DNA of 64,000 nucleotides, from contig CAYYMM010000001.1 of NCBI GenBank assembly GCA_964472395.1, positions 36,069-100,068 on the forward strand, given 5' to 3'. The translations under genes and the position numbers were made by a program. The first letter of the stretch is position 1, and the number at the start of each line of letters is the position of its first letter. Under the pieces are notes generated by a model. That model was not told the DNA's origin, did no database searches, and saw nothing but the letters and a program-made list of their open reading frames with translations. This DNA comes from an uncultured bacterium. GTDB lineage: Bacteria > CSSED10-310 > CALFER01. Positions 1 to 8,050 of the stretch are shown piece after piece.

Positions 1-965
1 ATGGAGCCGCGTTGTTGCCTGACGGGCAGGCTTACATCTGCGGCGATCTCGGGAAAATCTACCACTTCGACGGCACGGACTGGATCGACATGCCCACCGG
101 AACCTCGACGACACTCAAAGACATCGACATGCTGAGCCCGGCCCGGGGCTGGGCGGTCGGTCTGTACGGCACCGCCCGGGTCTTCAACGGGACAAACTGG
201 CTCTATTACAGCTCGTCCACAACCCGGTTTCTGCGAAAAGTCAGCGGGGTGACCGACTCGTGCGCATGGGCCGTCGGAGATCTCGGCACGATCGTCCGCT
301 GGACCGGATCGGGTTTCCAGACCGAAACGTCGCCGACCACCCAGACACTGTACGGCGTCGTCGCAATCTCGACGGACGAAGCCTGGGCCGTCGGAGATGC
401 CGGAACCGTCATCCATCGCCTCTCGGGTGTCTGGTCTGTCGTCTCAGTCCCGGAAATCCCCGCCACGGTATCACTCAGGGGAGTTGCCGAGGAGGACAAT
501 GGAGACATCATTATTGCAGGCGTCAACGGATTCATCATCCGCTTCGACGGCTCCACCTGGGAGCGTCTCGATGAGGATCTCTCGAACGGCATCGATTTTT
601 ATGACGTCGAAATCGCTCCGGACGGTGACATTCTGCTGGCCGGTACCCGGGGCAAACTGTTCGAGTATTCCGGAGGGGATTTTCTTCCCATCGACATGTC
701 CACCACGAACGATCTGTACAAGGTATACCGTGATCCGTACGATACGATGTGGGTTACCGGCAAAGGTGGAGTGATCCGGAAAAACACCGGATCCGGCTGG
801 ATCACCCAGAATACGTCGAATCCCGACAATGTATACGATATTTATGCTCTCTCTCCGACGAATGTTTGGACCGCGGGCGGATATTCCGACGGATCCTGCG
901 TCGGATGGACGGTGCTTCATTACACAGGCTCGCAATGGGTGGTCTATACTGAAGGAGGCTCCTGA
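1..965 (+). CDS. Beta-propeller repeat protein (Ycf48/BNR-like blades, repeated ..AWAVGDxGTIxRxxGxxW.. motif). 5' end lies outside the window. Ends at an in-frame TGA and is in the same frame as the next ORF.
   Basis: ORF track 12..965, with the reading frame open back to base 3. About seven ~45-aa repeats, each with a conserved G-x-x-G...W blade motif. TGA at 963..965. Confidence 0.6.
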   Translation, partial: GAALLPDGQAYICGDLGKIYHFDGTDWIDMPTGTSTTLKDIDMLSPARGWAVGLYGTARVFNGTNWLYYSSSTTRFLRKVSGVTDSCAWAVGDLGTIVRWTGSGFQTETSPTTQTLYGVVAISTDEAWAVGDAGTVIHRLSGVWSVVSVPEIPATVSLRGVAEEDNGDIIIAGVNGFIIRFDGSTWERLDEDLSNGIDFYDVEIAPDGDILLAGTRGKLFEYSGGDFLPIDMSTTNDLYKVYRDPYDTMWVTGKGGVIRKNTGSGWITQNTSNPDNVYDIYALSPTNVWTAGGYSDGSCVGWTVLHYTGSQWVVYTEGGS

Positions 966-977
966 CCGGGACCAGGG

Positions 978-2198
978 ATGCTGTTCAGCATCCGCCCGTT
1001 CTCGAATACCGATGTCTGGACCTGCGGCGATTACGGCAACATCCGACATTTCAACGGCTCTTCCTGGACACTCGAAACCATGCCGACTCTCACTACCCTC
1101 AACGCCATCGACGGCGTCGCGACGAATGATCTCTGGGTCGCCGGCAGCAGCGGATTCATCGCCCATTACGATGGATCAGTCTGGACGCAAGTCAGCAGCG
1201 GCATCACGGACGATATCCAGGATCTTTTTGTCGTGAGCACCGACGAAATCTACGCGGTCGCATACAGCGGAAAAGTGCTGCGATACACCGGCATCAAATG
1301 GGATATGTACCAGTCTCCATCGATCGGGGATTTCGAAGGGTTTGCGCTCGATCCGGATTCCGATACCGCCCTGACCTGCGGTCTGGCCGGTGTCTTCATG
1401 GAACTGGATCTTACGTTCCCGACTCCGACCGCGACACCGGACATCACCGCGACCCCATCTCCGGGATCGACGTCGACACCGGCACCGACCGCACCACCCA
1501 CCTCGACATATACAGCTGCACCGACGTCGACCCGAACCCCCACACCCACCCGGACGCCGACCGGCACGATATCCCCTCCTCCTCCAACCGTCTCGCCGAC
1601 TCCACCTCCGCCGACCGCGACAGCCAGCGCCACGGCGACACGAACACCGACCGCAACCATTCCTCCAACCGCAACACCGCAACCGCCGACCGCAACGCAA
1701 ACCGCAGAGCCGACCGGCACTCCGACATTCACACCTGAGGCGACCCAAACGCCTGAACCGGCGACACCCACCTTCAGTCCGACGGCCATGCCGACCGGGA
1801 CACCGACCGACGGTCCGGTTCCGACGGAAACGCCGCTGCCGGATCGATCCTTCACGCTGATACTGGACGATCGCGATCTGGCTGCCGGAGACCGTTTCAA
1901 CCTGCATTTTGAACTGGTCAATCGGTCCATGCCGGCCTGTTCTGCGGATGTATATATCCTTCTGGACGTAATGGGCCAGTACTGGTTCTGGCCGTCCTGG
2001 GTGTCAGACCGCGAAGGCTCGGACAGCCGGCGGTATAACGTGCCGGAAAACGGACGTGTGGACGAAGCGGCGCTGTCGTTCGACTGGCCGGCGGGAACGG
2101 GATCAGGAACGGGGCTTCTGTTCTGGGGTGCGATGTTCGATGCGGGAACCTGGAATCTGATCGGGAACATTCAGCGGATCGAGTGGTCGTATTCCTGA
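978..2198 (+). CDS. Continuation of the beta-propeller repeats, then a ~140-aa Pro/Thr-rich linker, then a conserved ~115-aa C-terminal domain shared with two other proteins in the window. No signal peptide of its own.
   Basis: ORF track. Same frame as 12..965. Repeats DVWTCGDYGNIRHFNGSSW and LWVAGSSGFIAHYDGSVW. PT linker at about 1413..1841. C-terminal domain 1842..2198 is homologous to 37278..37634 and 58733..59086. Confidence 0.6.
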   Translation: MLFSIRPFSNTDVWTCGDYGNIRHFNGSSWTLETMPTLTTLNAIDGVATNDLWVAGSSGFIAHYDGSVWTQVSSGITDDIQDLFVVSTDEIYAVAYSGKVLRYTGIKWDMYQSPSIGDFEGFALDPDSDTALTCGLAGVFMELDLTFPTPTATPDITATPSPGSTSTPAPTAPPTSTYTAAPTSTRTPTPTRTPTGTISPPPPTVSPTPPPPTATASATATRTPTATIPPTATPQPPTATQTAEPTGTPTFTPEATQTPEPATPTFSPTAMPTGTPTDGPVPTETPLPDRSFTLILDDRDLAAGDRFNLHFELVNRSMPACSADVYILLDVMGQYWFWPSWVSDREGSDSRRYNVPENGRVDEAALSFDWPAGTGSGTGLLFWGAMFDAGTWNLIGNIQRIEWSYS

Positions 2199-2801
2199 TC
2201 AGACCCTGCGCCAGGCTCTGGTTTTGCGCTCGCGGATCTGACGGACGATATCCGAGGAATCCGATACCGGCTCGGGAAAGAACGTCGCCGCGCGGCCGAT
2301 CGATCCATGGGCCGGTCCATGTTCGTCCGATCCCGCCAGTTCGGCCAATCCGAGTTCCCGAGCGGTCAACACATTCCGAATTTCGTAGGACGCGCGCCGG
2401 GCGTTGTAGACTTCGATACCCTGAGCACCGGATTTCAGGATATCCAGAGATCCGACCCGGTAATGCCTCGAAAATGCATGCGCCACCACCGTGATGCCTC
2501 CGCGGCTCTCGGCGCATCGTGTCAGCGCCGACGGGTCGGTGAACCGGGGCAGATCCCCCTGGAGACCATTGAACACGAGCATGTGGATGGAATCGAATAT
2601 CAGTTCAGCACCCGACAGGATCAGGAACGGCGGGAGAGACTCGCGCAGCGCCGCCAGCTCGGCATCCGTCCACCGGTAGGCATGATCGGTGAAAACGACT
2701 CCGTCCAACCCTGCATCGATCGCAGATCGGACGATGTCCTGCGCACAGAGGCGCGCATCCTTCGAATGTTCTTTCGTGTGAACATGAATATCGATCAGCA
2801 T
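2199..2801 (-). CDS. PHP-domain metal-dependent phosphoesterase
   Basis: N-terminal MLIDIHVHT motif and His/Asp pattern typical of the PHP (polymerase and histidinol phosphatase) family. 200 aa. Confidence 0.7.
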   Translation of the reverse strand: MLIDIHVHTKEHSKDARLCAQDIVRSAIDAGLDGVVFTDHAYRWTDAELAALRESLPPFLILSGAELIFDSIHMLVFNGLQGDLPRFTDPSALTRCAESRGGITVVAHAFSRHYRVGSLDILKSGAQGIEVYNARRASYEIRNVLTARELGLAELAGSDEHGPAHGSIGRAATFFPEPVSDSSDIVRQIRERKTRAWRRV

Positions 2802-2820
2802 CGGGGTTAGAAACTCGCGC

Positions 2821-3222
2821 TCAGATCGTAACCGGATTCGACGAATTCCCGACGACGCGGACGAGAAGCCGTTTCAGATCGGCGATGGCGAAGGGTTTGG
2901 TGATGAAATGGATCGCGCCGGCTTCGATGGTTTTCCGTCGGATCGCCATGTCGTCGACTCCGGAGAGCACGATGACGGGGATATCCCGGAGCTTCGGATC
3001 GGATTTGATGCGTTTGAGAAGATCCATGCCGTTGATATCGGGCAGAAACAGGTCGAGCACGATGCCATGGATATCGAGATTCGTGACGGATTCTTCGAAG
3101 TCGACCGCCGATGGGCAGTTGACGATGCGGAACCCGGGATCGTTTTCGAATCCGGCGGACATAATTTCTCCTACGAATTCGTCATCATCGACGATCACGA
3201 TGTTCAACGCCTGTCCGGTCAT
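2821..3222 (-). CDS. Single-domain response regulator (CheY-like receiver)
   Basis: Acidic pocket in IVIVDDDE, phospho-acceptor Asp in VLDLFLPDINGMD, and KP in ITKPF. 133 aa. Its start overlaps the upstream Hpt ORF stop by 4 nt. Confidence 0.8.
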   Translation of the reverse strand: MTGQALNIVIVDDDEFVGEIMSAGFENDPGFRIVNCPSAVDFEESVTNLDIHGIVLDLFLPDINGMDLLKRIKSDPKLRDIPVIVLSGVDDMAIRRKTIEAGAIHFITKPFAIADLKRLLVRVVGNSSNPVTI

Positions 3223-3767
3223 TTTCCCGGGTCTTTCTGTCTGAGAATCGCTCGAAGATCCTGCATGAAGCCCTCCCAGTCAGAGGGTGCAAAAAGAGGG
3301 CCAGTTTCGGGTGAGCGGGCCGCTTCCTGGCCGATCCGGCGGGTGAGCTCCTCCAGATATGCCCGGGCGGAATCCGGCAGGCCGGTCTCGGCGGCCTCGA
3401 GCAGGATCTGTTCGGCGAGGGCGGCGATATCTGAGAGAGCCTGCATTTGCATCATGGCAGCATTGCTTTTGAGATTATGATATTTGCGGGCCGCGGTGCG
3501 CAGCGGCGGTTCGGAATCCGGCTGGACGGGCGTCGATTCGTTCAGGCACAGGAGGATGACCTGCAGACTGTTCTGGAGTTGCGTCAGGAAAAAGGGCTGG
3601 TAACGATCGATGTTCAGAATCACCTTCCGGTATATCGGGGCGCTGGCGTGCCTGCACCCCATTGCCCGGGCGCAAAGCGCGCGGGCTACGAACGGGTTTG
3701 CAGGGACTATATAGAATTTTGCGAATGAAGCCAACATCAATATGTGGGGGGAACGGGGCGGATGCAT
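3219..3767 (-). CDS. Hpt (histidine phosphotransfer) domain protein. The true start is probably internal.
   Basis: Motif YHNLKSNAAMMQMQALS resembles the Hpt H-x-L-K-G-S-S-x-x-x-G signature. Translationally coupled to the downstream receiver gene. Confidence 0.5.
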   Translation of the reverse strand: MHPPRSPHILMLASFAKFYIVPANPFVARALCARAMGCRHASAPIYRKVILNIDRYQPFFLTQLQNSLQVILLCLNESTPVQPDSEPPLRTAARKYHNLKSNAAMMQMQALSDIAALAEQILLEAAETGLPDSARAYLEELTRRIGQEAARSPETGPLFAPSDWEGFMQDLRAILRQKDPGK

Positions 3768-4362
3768 ACTATTGGATGGAGCTGTCGGCGATCAAGCGTA
3801 CCCGGGAGCGGGCGGCTTGCTGGCGCGCGCGGTAACCGGTTGATTTTTCTTTGAATCCTTCGGGGATCCGGAGTATACTCGGAAACTCCAGGACCATTCC
3901 GCGCGACAACGGGGAGGTTGGATTGAGCGATTTTTTCCGGGCGTGCATGCCAATTTCGGTCATGAAGAACGCGTGCAGCGGTCTGTCCGAACGCCCCGAT
4001 GATTCGACTCGATCCAGCTATTGGGGTAGTCTCGATCGACAGTTCCATCCGTTGTGGAATGCGGCTGTTTTGGAGCCTGCGCACCGTTTTTTGTCACTCC
4101 ACGAACGCAATTTTGTCAATCCGAACGGGTTGAAAAGGGGTGTGGCGATTCTTACAATGGAAGGGTCGGTATCGAGCGCGGGGGGGCATCGCGGCTATAT
4201 GGTTGAAAAATCGGGATTTTCGAAGAATTCGGGGTCGTTGTGTCGAATCGATCGCCCTTATCGATCACTTCGGAATGATTTTTGCATTTTACCGTGTGCT
4301 TTGAGGGGAGCAGAATCCCTTTTTTCGTGTTCACCCAACCTAACCTTATGGGAGGAAAATGT

Positions 4363-7300
4363 ATGAGGAAAGCGTTACTTTTTCTGACGGTTGCCATGAT
4401 GATGGCGACCGCGAGCTACGCGCAGACGGCTCTGCCATGGTCATGCGATTTCGCGACGGATGACTGCGGAGCGATCTACGAAGATGATGGCACTTCGTCA
4501 TCATGGGCTCGCTCCACCAGCAGCGGTTGCGCCGCACCAGGTATGTACCACGGTTACAACGGAGCCCACTATGACATCGATTATGTTGTCTGGGGGCCGT
4601 TCACAACCCCCACAGCGGATGTGGTCAGCCTGAGTTATGATCTGTCGATTTCGACTTGGGGCGACGAAGTTACAGTCATGTACATCACGAACCTGTATCT
4701 GGATCCCAACACCAATCCAGGTTCATGGATCGTGGCTGATGGGCCCTACTCGGCTTCAGCAGCCTGCGTCGCACACAGTGCCGATTTATCTGGTGTCCTC
4801 GGGTCAACTCAATTTTGGATCGCTTTCAGATACCAGGGACAAGACGCCTATTATGCTTATATCGACGATCTAAGCCTGACCTTCTCTTCTGGTCCGACCG
4901 CAACACCGACGAACACACCGGTTCCTGCTCCTGGACAGAATTGCGCCAGCGCAATCGCCATCAACATCCCCGGATCTCTGCCTTATTCACAGGCCGGCAC
5001 GAACTGCGGACTTCTGAACGACTATGCCGCAACCTGCCTCGGCAGCTATGACGGCGGCGAAGACATCATCTATCAGCTGGTTGTTGCAACAGACACGAAT
5101 GTTGAGATTTCATACACAACGACGGATACCTGGACCGGCATCCTTCTTGATGATTCCTGTCCTCCGGACCCGACAACGTGTATTGATATCGCAACAAGCA
5201 GTGCAGCCGGAACGATTACACTCGGTCAAAACCTCCTTGCTGCCGGCACCTACTACCTCATGCTCGACACCTATCCAACTCCGGACTGCATCTCCAGCTT
5301 CACACTCAACATCACGAGCGCTGGTGCTACAGCCACACCGACACCGACTGCGCCTCCGGCCGGCCCCGGCGATAGTTGCGGGAATGCGCTCCCGATCGCC
5401 AGCGGCGACTGTCTGCTCGGCGACTACACCGGCATGACCAACAACTTCGACTGCGGCGGCACCGGTGGCGTTGCTGGCGGCCCCGACATGGTCTACACCT
5501 TCACTCTCGCCGATTCCAGTTATGTTCACATCCTCGCCGAATCCGCCGGGGATATCGACCTTGCAGTGAGCAATGTCTGCGATGCCTCCACGGCGACATA
5601 TCTCTGCGCCGATACATCAGGCAGCTCAACATCAGCCCAGACATCCTGCGGCGACACCATCACCCCAGGTACATACGGATTCCACACATTCTACCGCCTG
5701 CTTCCAGCCGGCACCTACTACATCTGGCTTGATTCCTATTCCGGTGAGCTCGGTGACGAATTCGCCATTGAAATGTTCGCAACACTTGAATCCGTCACAT
5801 GCGCCGGTTGCCCGATAGGTGGTACACCCGAAGGCGAACCGACCTGCGCGGCCGAATATGTGGATACCTTCAACGCGGGTTGTAACGCCGCCACACCGGT
5901 CTTCACAACCATCACGCCCGGAACGACGATCTGCGGCCAGACCGGTACCTACACAGTCGGAACAGCCAACACACGCGATACCGACTGGTATCAGATCACC
6001 GTTGCATCTGCGGCTGACCTGATCGTCGAAGTTGCAGCCTCGTTCCCCAGCACGACCCTGATCGTTCCGGCCGTTTGTCCGGTCGCTTCGATCCTGGCCA
6101 GTGGCTCGGATACTCGTTGTCCGGGTTCTTCGTACGAAGTGATCGCGACGGTTGCCGCCGGTGATTACTATATCATTGTGCTTCCCACTGTTTTCACGGA
6201 CATCCCCTGCGGCAGCGCGAGCCGGTACTGGATGGCGGTTACAACCGATGTTCCGTCGACACCGACACCGACACCGACTTCCTGCGCATCGTGCCCGCCG
6301 GGCGGCACTGCCGAAAACGAACCGCTGTGCGGTCCGGAGTACGACGATACATATAACGGCGGATGTAACTCGACTGTTCCCGTGTTCCAGACCATCACCA
6401 ACGGTCAGACAATCTGCGGCGAAGCAGGAACATTTACATTCGGCACCGACAACTATCGCGACACCGACTGGTTCGAGTTCACCCTGACGGAAACGTCGGA
6501 TGTGACGTTCTCGGCTTACGGTGATTTCCCGATTCTGGCCTGGCTTGCTGCAACAGAAGATTGTGTCAATTACGACTTCACGCAGTATGACGACGCCGAC
6601 ACATGCGAAACCGCGACAACCATCCGGTACACAATGCCTGCGGGCGATTACATTGCGATCGTAATGCCCAGTGTATTCGAAGGCATTCCCTGCGGTGTCA
6701 AGTACGTGGCAACACTGACCTGGGGTCCCGCTGCACCGACACCCACACCGACCGTCACTCCTCCGCCTGCTGGTCCTGGCGACACATGCCTCAATCCGAT
6801 CACCATCAATTGCGGCGACTGCGTGCTCGGCACAACCGTCGGGATGAACAACAACTTCAGTTGCGGTGGTCTCGGAGCCGGCCCCGATGTGGTCTACACC
6901 TTCACCCTGGCAGAACCTCAGACCATTCATATCATCGCCGAGAGCGATGAAGATCTCGATTTCGCGGTCACCGACGTCTGCGATGCCTCCACTGCCACCT
7001 TTGCATGCTCGGATCGCCTGGGCACACCTCCGGTGGCTGCGTCTTGCGGCGAAGCCATCACTCCGGATACCTGGGGATACTTCGACTACTCAGCAACAGT
7101 GGATGCCGGCACCTACTACATCTGGATCGACACCTACAGCGCCACTGGCGGCGGTGCCTTCGCTCTCGAACTGCTCTGCTCGGATCCTCCGTCTTACGTC
7201 CTGGAATGCCCGGCCACCTCTCAGCTCTCTCAGCCGGTCAACCCGCTGGATCTCGGATTCAACGGCTTCTCCTCCGATCTGGGCGGCGATTTCCGGTACT

Positions 7301-7806
7301 TCGATGATTACTCTGTGACCGATCCGGTTTGCTGGGTCAAGTTCTGGGGTCTCTACACAGCCGGAAACGACACAGACTTCACGATCGAATTCTGGACCGA
7401 CAACGCCGGACAGCCCGGCACCCTGACCAACAGCTATCCGATTACCGGCGCGACACCGATCGACACCACCTGGACTGCCTTCGGCTACCCGATCTATGAA
7501 TACTTCGTCGAACTGCCGACTTGCGAAGCACAGCTTGCCGGCTGGATCAGCATTCAGGGCGCGAGCAACGGTTCGACCTTCTACTGGGCCGTGAATTCGT
7601 CAGCCACCGGTGCGGATTGCTACGAGTATCAGGTATCCACCACAACGTGGACTCCGGATGTCTATGATCTCGCATTCTGCCTCGGCAATGCCGAACCCCC
7701 GACCCCGACTCCTCTGCCGGTTCCGACTTCCGGTCCGTTCGGCCTGGGCGTCATGATCTTCGCGATCAGCGCACTGCTCGGCCTGAGTGTTCTCCGGAAG
7801 AAGTAA
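4363..7806 (+). CDS. Large secreted multi-domain protein: signal peptide, N-terminal jelly-roll (MAM-like) region, then at least five PPC (bacterial pre-peptidase C-terminal)-like domains in two sub-families, C-terminal PT linker, single TM helix and RKK tail.
   Basis: ORF track 4282..7806. Start chosen at ATG 4363, 6 nt after GGAGGA (4351..4356). Signal peptide MRKALLFLTVAMMMATASYAQTA. Repeated modules GDSCGNALPIASGDC...AGTYYIWLD and CPIGGTPEGEPTCAAEY...RDTDWYQIT occur twice each. C-terminus ...PTPLPVPTSGPFGLGVMIFAISALLGLSVLRKK. Confidence 0.8.
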   Translation: MRKALLFLTVAMMMATASYAQTALPWSCDFATDDCGAIYEDDGTSSSWARSTSSGCAAPGMYHGYNGAHYDIDYVVWGPFTTPTADVVSLSYDLSISTWGDEVTVMYITNLYLDPNTNPGSWIVADGPYSASAACVAHSADLSGVLGSTQFWIAFRYQGQDAYYAYIDDLSLTFSSGPTATPTNTPVPAPGQNCASAIAINIPGSLPYSQAGTNCGLLNDYAATCLGSYDGGEDIIYQLVVATDTNVEISYTTTDTWTGILLDDSCPPDPTTCIDIATSSAAGTITLGQNLLAAGTYYLMLDTYPTPDCISSFTLNITSAGATATPTPTAPPAGPGDSCGNALPIASGDCLLGDYTGMTNNFDCGGTGGVAGGPDMVYTFTLADSSYVHILAESAGDIDLAVSNVCDASTATYLCADTSGSSTSAQTSCGDTITPGTYGFHTFYRLLPAGTYYIWLDSYSGELGDEFAIEMFATLESVTCAGCPIGGTPEGEPTCAAEYVDTFNAGCNAATPVFTTITPGTTICGQTGTYTVGTANTRDTDWYQITVASAADLIVEVAASFPSTTLIVPAVCPVASILASGSDTRCPGSSYEVIATVAAGDYYIIVLPTVFTDIPCGSASRYWMAVTTDVPSTPTPTPTSCASCPPGGTAENEPLCGPEYDDTYNGGCNSTVPVFQTITNGQTICGEAGTFTFGTDNYRDTDWFEFTLTETSDVTFSAYGDFPILAWLAATEDCVNYDFTQYDDADTCETATTIRYTMPAGDYIAIVMPSVFEGIPCGVKYVATLTWGPAAPTPTPTVTPPPAGPGDTCLNPITINCGDCVLGTTVGMNNNFSCGGLGAGPDVVYTFTLAEPQTIHIIAESDEDLDFAVTDVCDASTATFACSDRLGTPPVAASCGEAITPDTWGYFDYSATVDAGTYYIWIDTYSATGGGAFALELLCSDPPSYVLECPATSQLSQPVNPLDLGFNGFSSDLGGDFRYFDDYSVTDPVCWVKFWGLYTAGNDTDFTIEFWTDNAGQPGTLTNSYPITGATPIDTTWTAFGYPIYEYFVELPTCEAQLAGWISIQGASNGSTFYWAVNSSATGADCYEYQVSTTTWTPDVYDLAFCLGNAEPPTPTPLPVPTSGPFGLGVMIFAISALLGLSVLRKK

Positions 7807-7828
7807 TCGACGCTGATTGATTGATGAA

Positions 7829-7858
7829 AGGCCCCTCCTCGCGAGGGGCCTTTTTTTT
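7829..7858 (+). terminator. Rho-independent terminator (GC stem followed by T8) after the large secreted protein gene
   Basis: aggcccctcctcgcgaggggcc followed by tttttttt, immediately after the stop at 7806. Confidence 0.8.
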
Positions 7859-7995
7859 GTGTTTCATTGCATATCTCAGATGCCGGCGGGGACGCCGGCG
7901 CTACTCACGGTCCAATTTTTTCGATAGGGCCATCAGGCAGGGACGCCTGCTGCTTCAATTCAGTTCAATCTGTGTAATCTGCGTAATCTGTGGAT

Positions 7996-8042
7996 AAAAA
8001 AAACCCCGTTCGATCCCTCGACTTCAGTCAGGATGAACGGGG
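7996..8042 (-). terminator. Rho-independent terminator for gyrA on the minus strand
   Basis: Minus strand reads ccccgttcatcctgactgaagtcgagggatcgaacgggg followed by T8. Sits 9 nt after the gyrA stop (8051..8053). Confidence 0.7.
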
Positions 8043-8050
8043 TTATTCTT

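Noticed and set aside
975-992. Calling the hairpin after the in-frame UGA a bona fide SECIS element with a selenoprotein
   Set aside because: Only the spacing fits. The loop sequence is not the canonical GGUC-type, there is no Cys/Sec redox context, and no selenium-utilisation genes are in the window. It is kept only as an observation.
1413-1841. Repetitive ccgaccccgact-type tracts, also at 5330..5350, 6250..6290, 23930..24010, 36480..36540 and 58490..58700, considered as CRISPR or tandem-repeat arrays
   Set aside because: They are in frame inside large CDSs and encode Pro/Thr linkers. There are no regular repeat-spacer units and no cas genes.
1176-2170. Long minus-strand ORFs (243 and 306 aa) antisense to the PT-linker region of 978..2198. 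Similar antisense ORFs occur at 5632..6930, 25621..27255, 35694..37208 and 58301..59263.
   Set aside because: High GC and the repetitive ACC/CCG codon structure of Pro/Thr linkers keep all frames open. The sense strand has clear domain homology, whereas the antisense translations are Arg/Gly-rich low complexity.
3851-4366. 171-aa ORF in the leader region upstream of the PPC-repeat protein
   Set aside because: No RBS, no recognisable domains and odd composition. It overlaps the start region of the 4363 gene in another frame.
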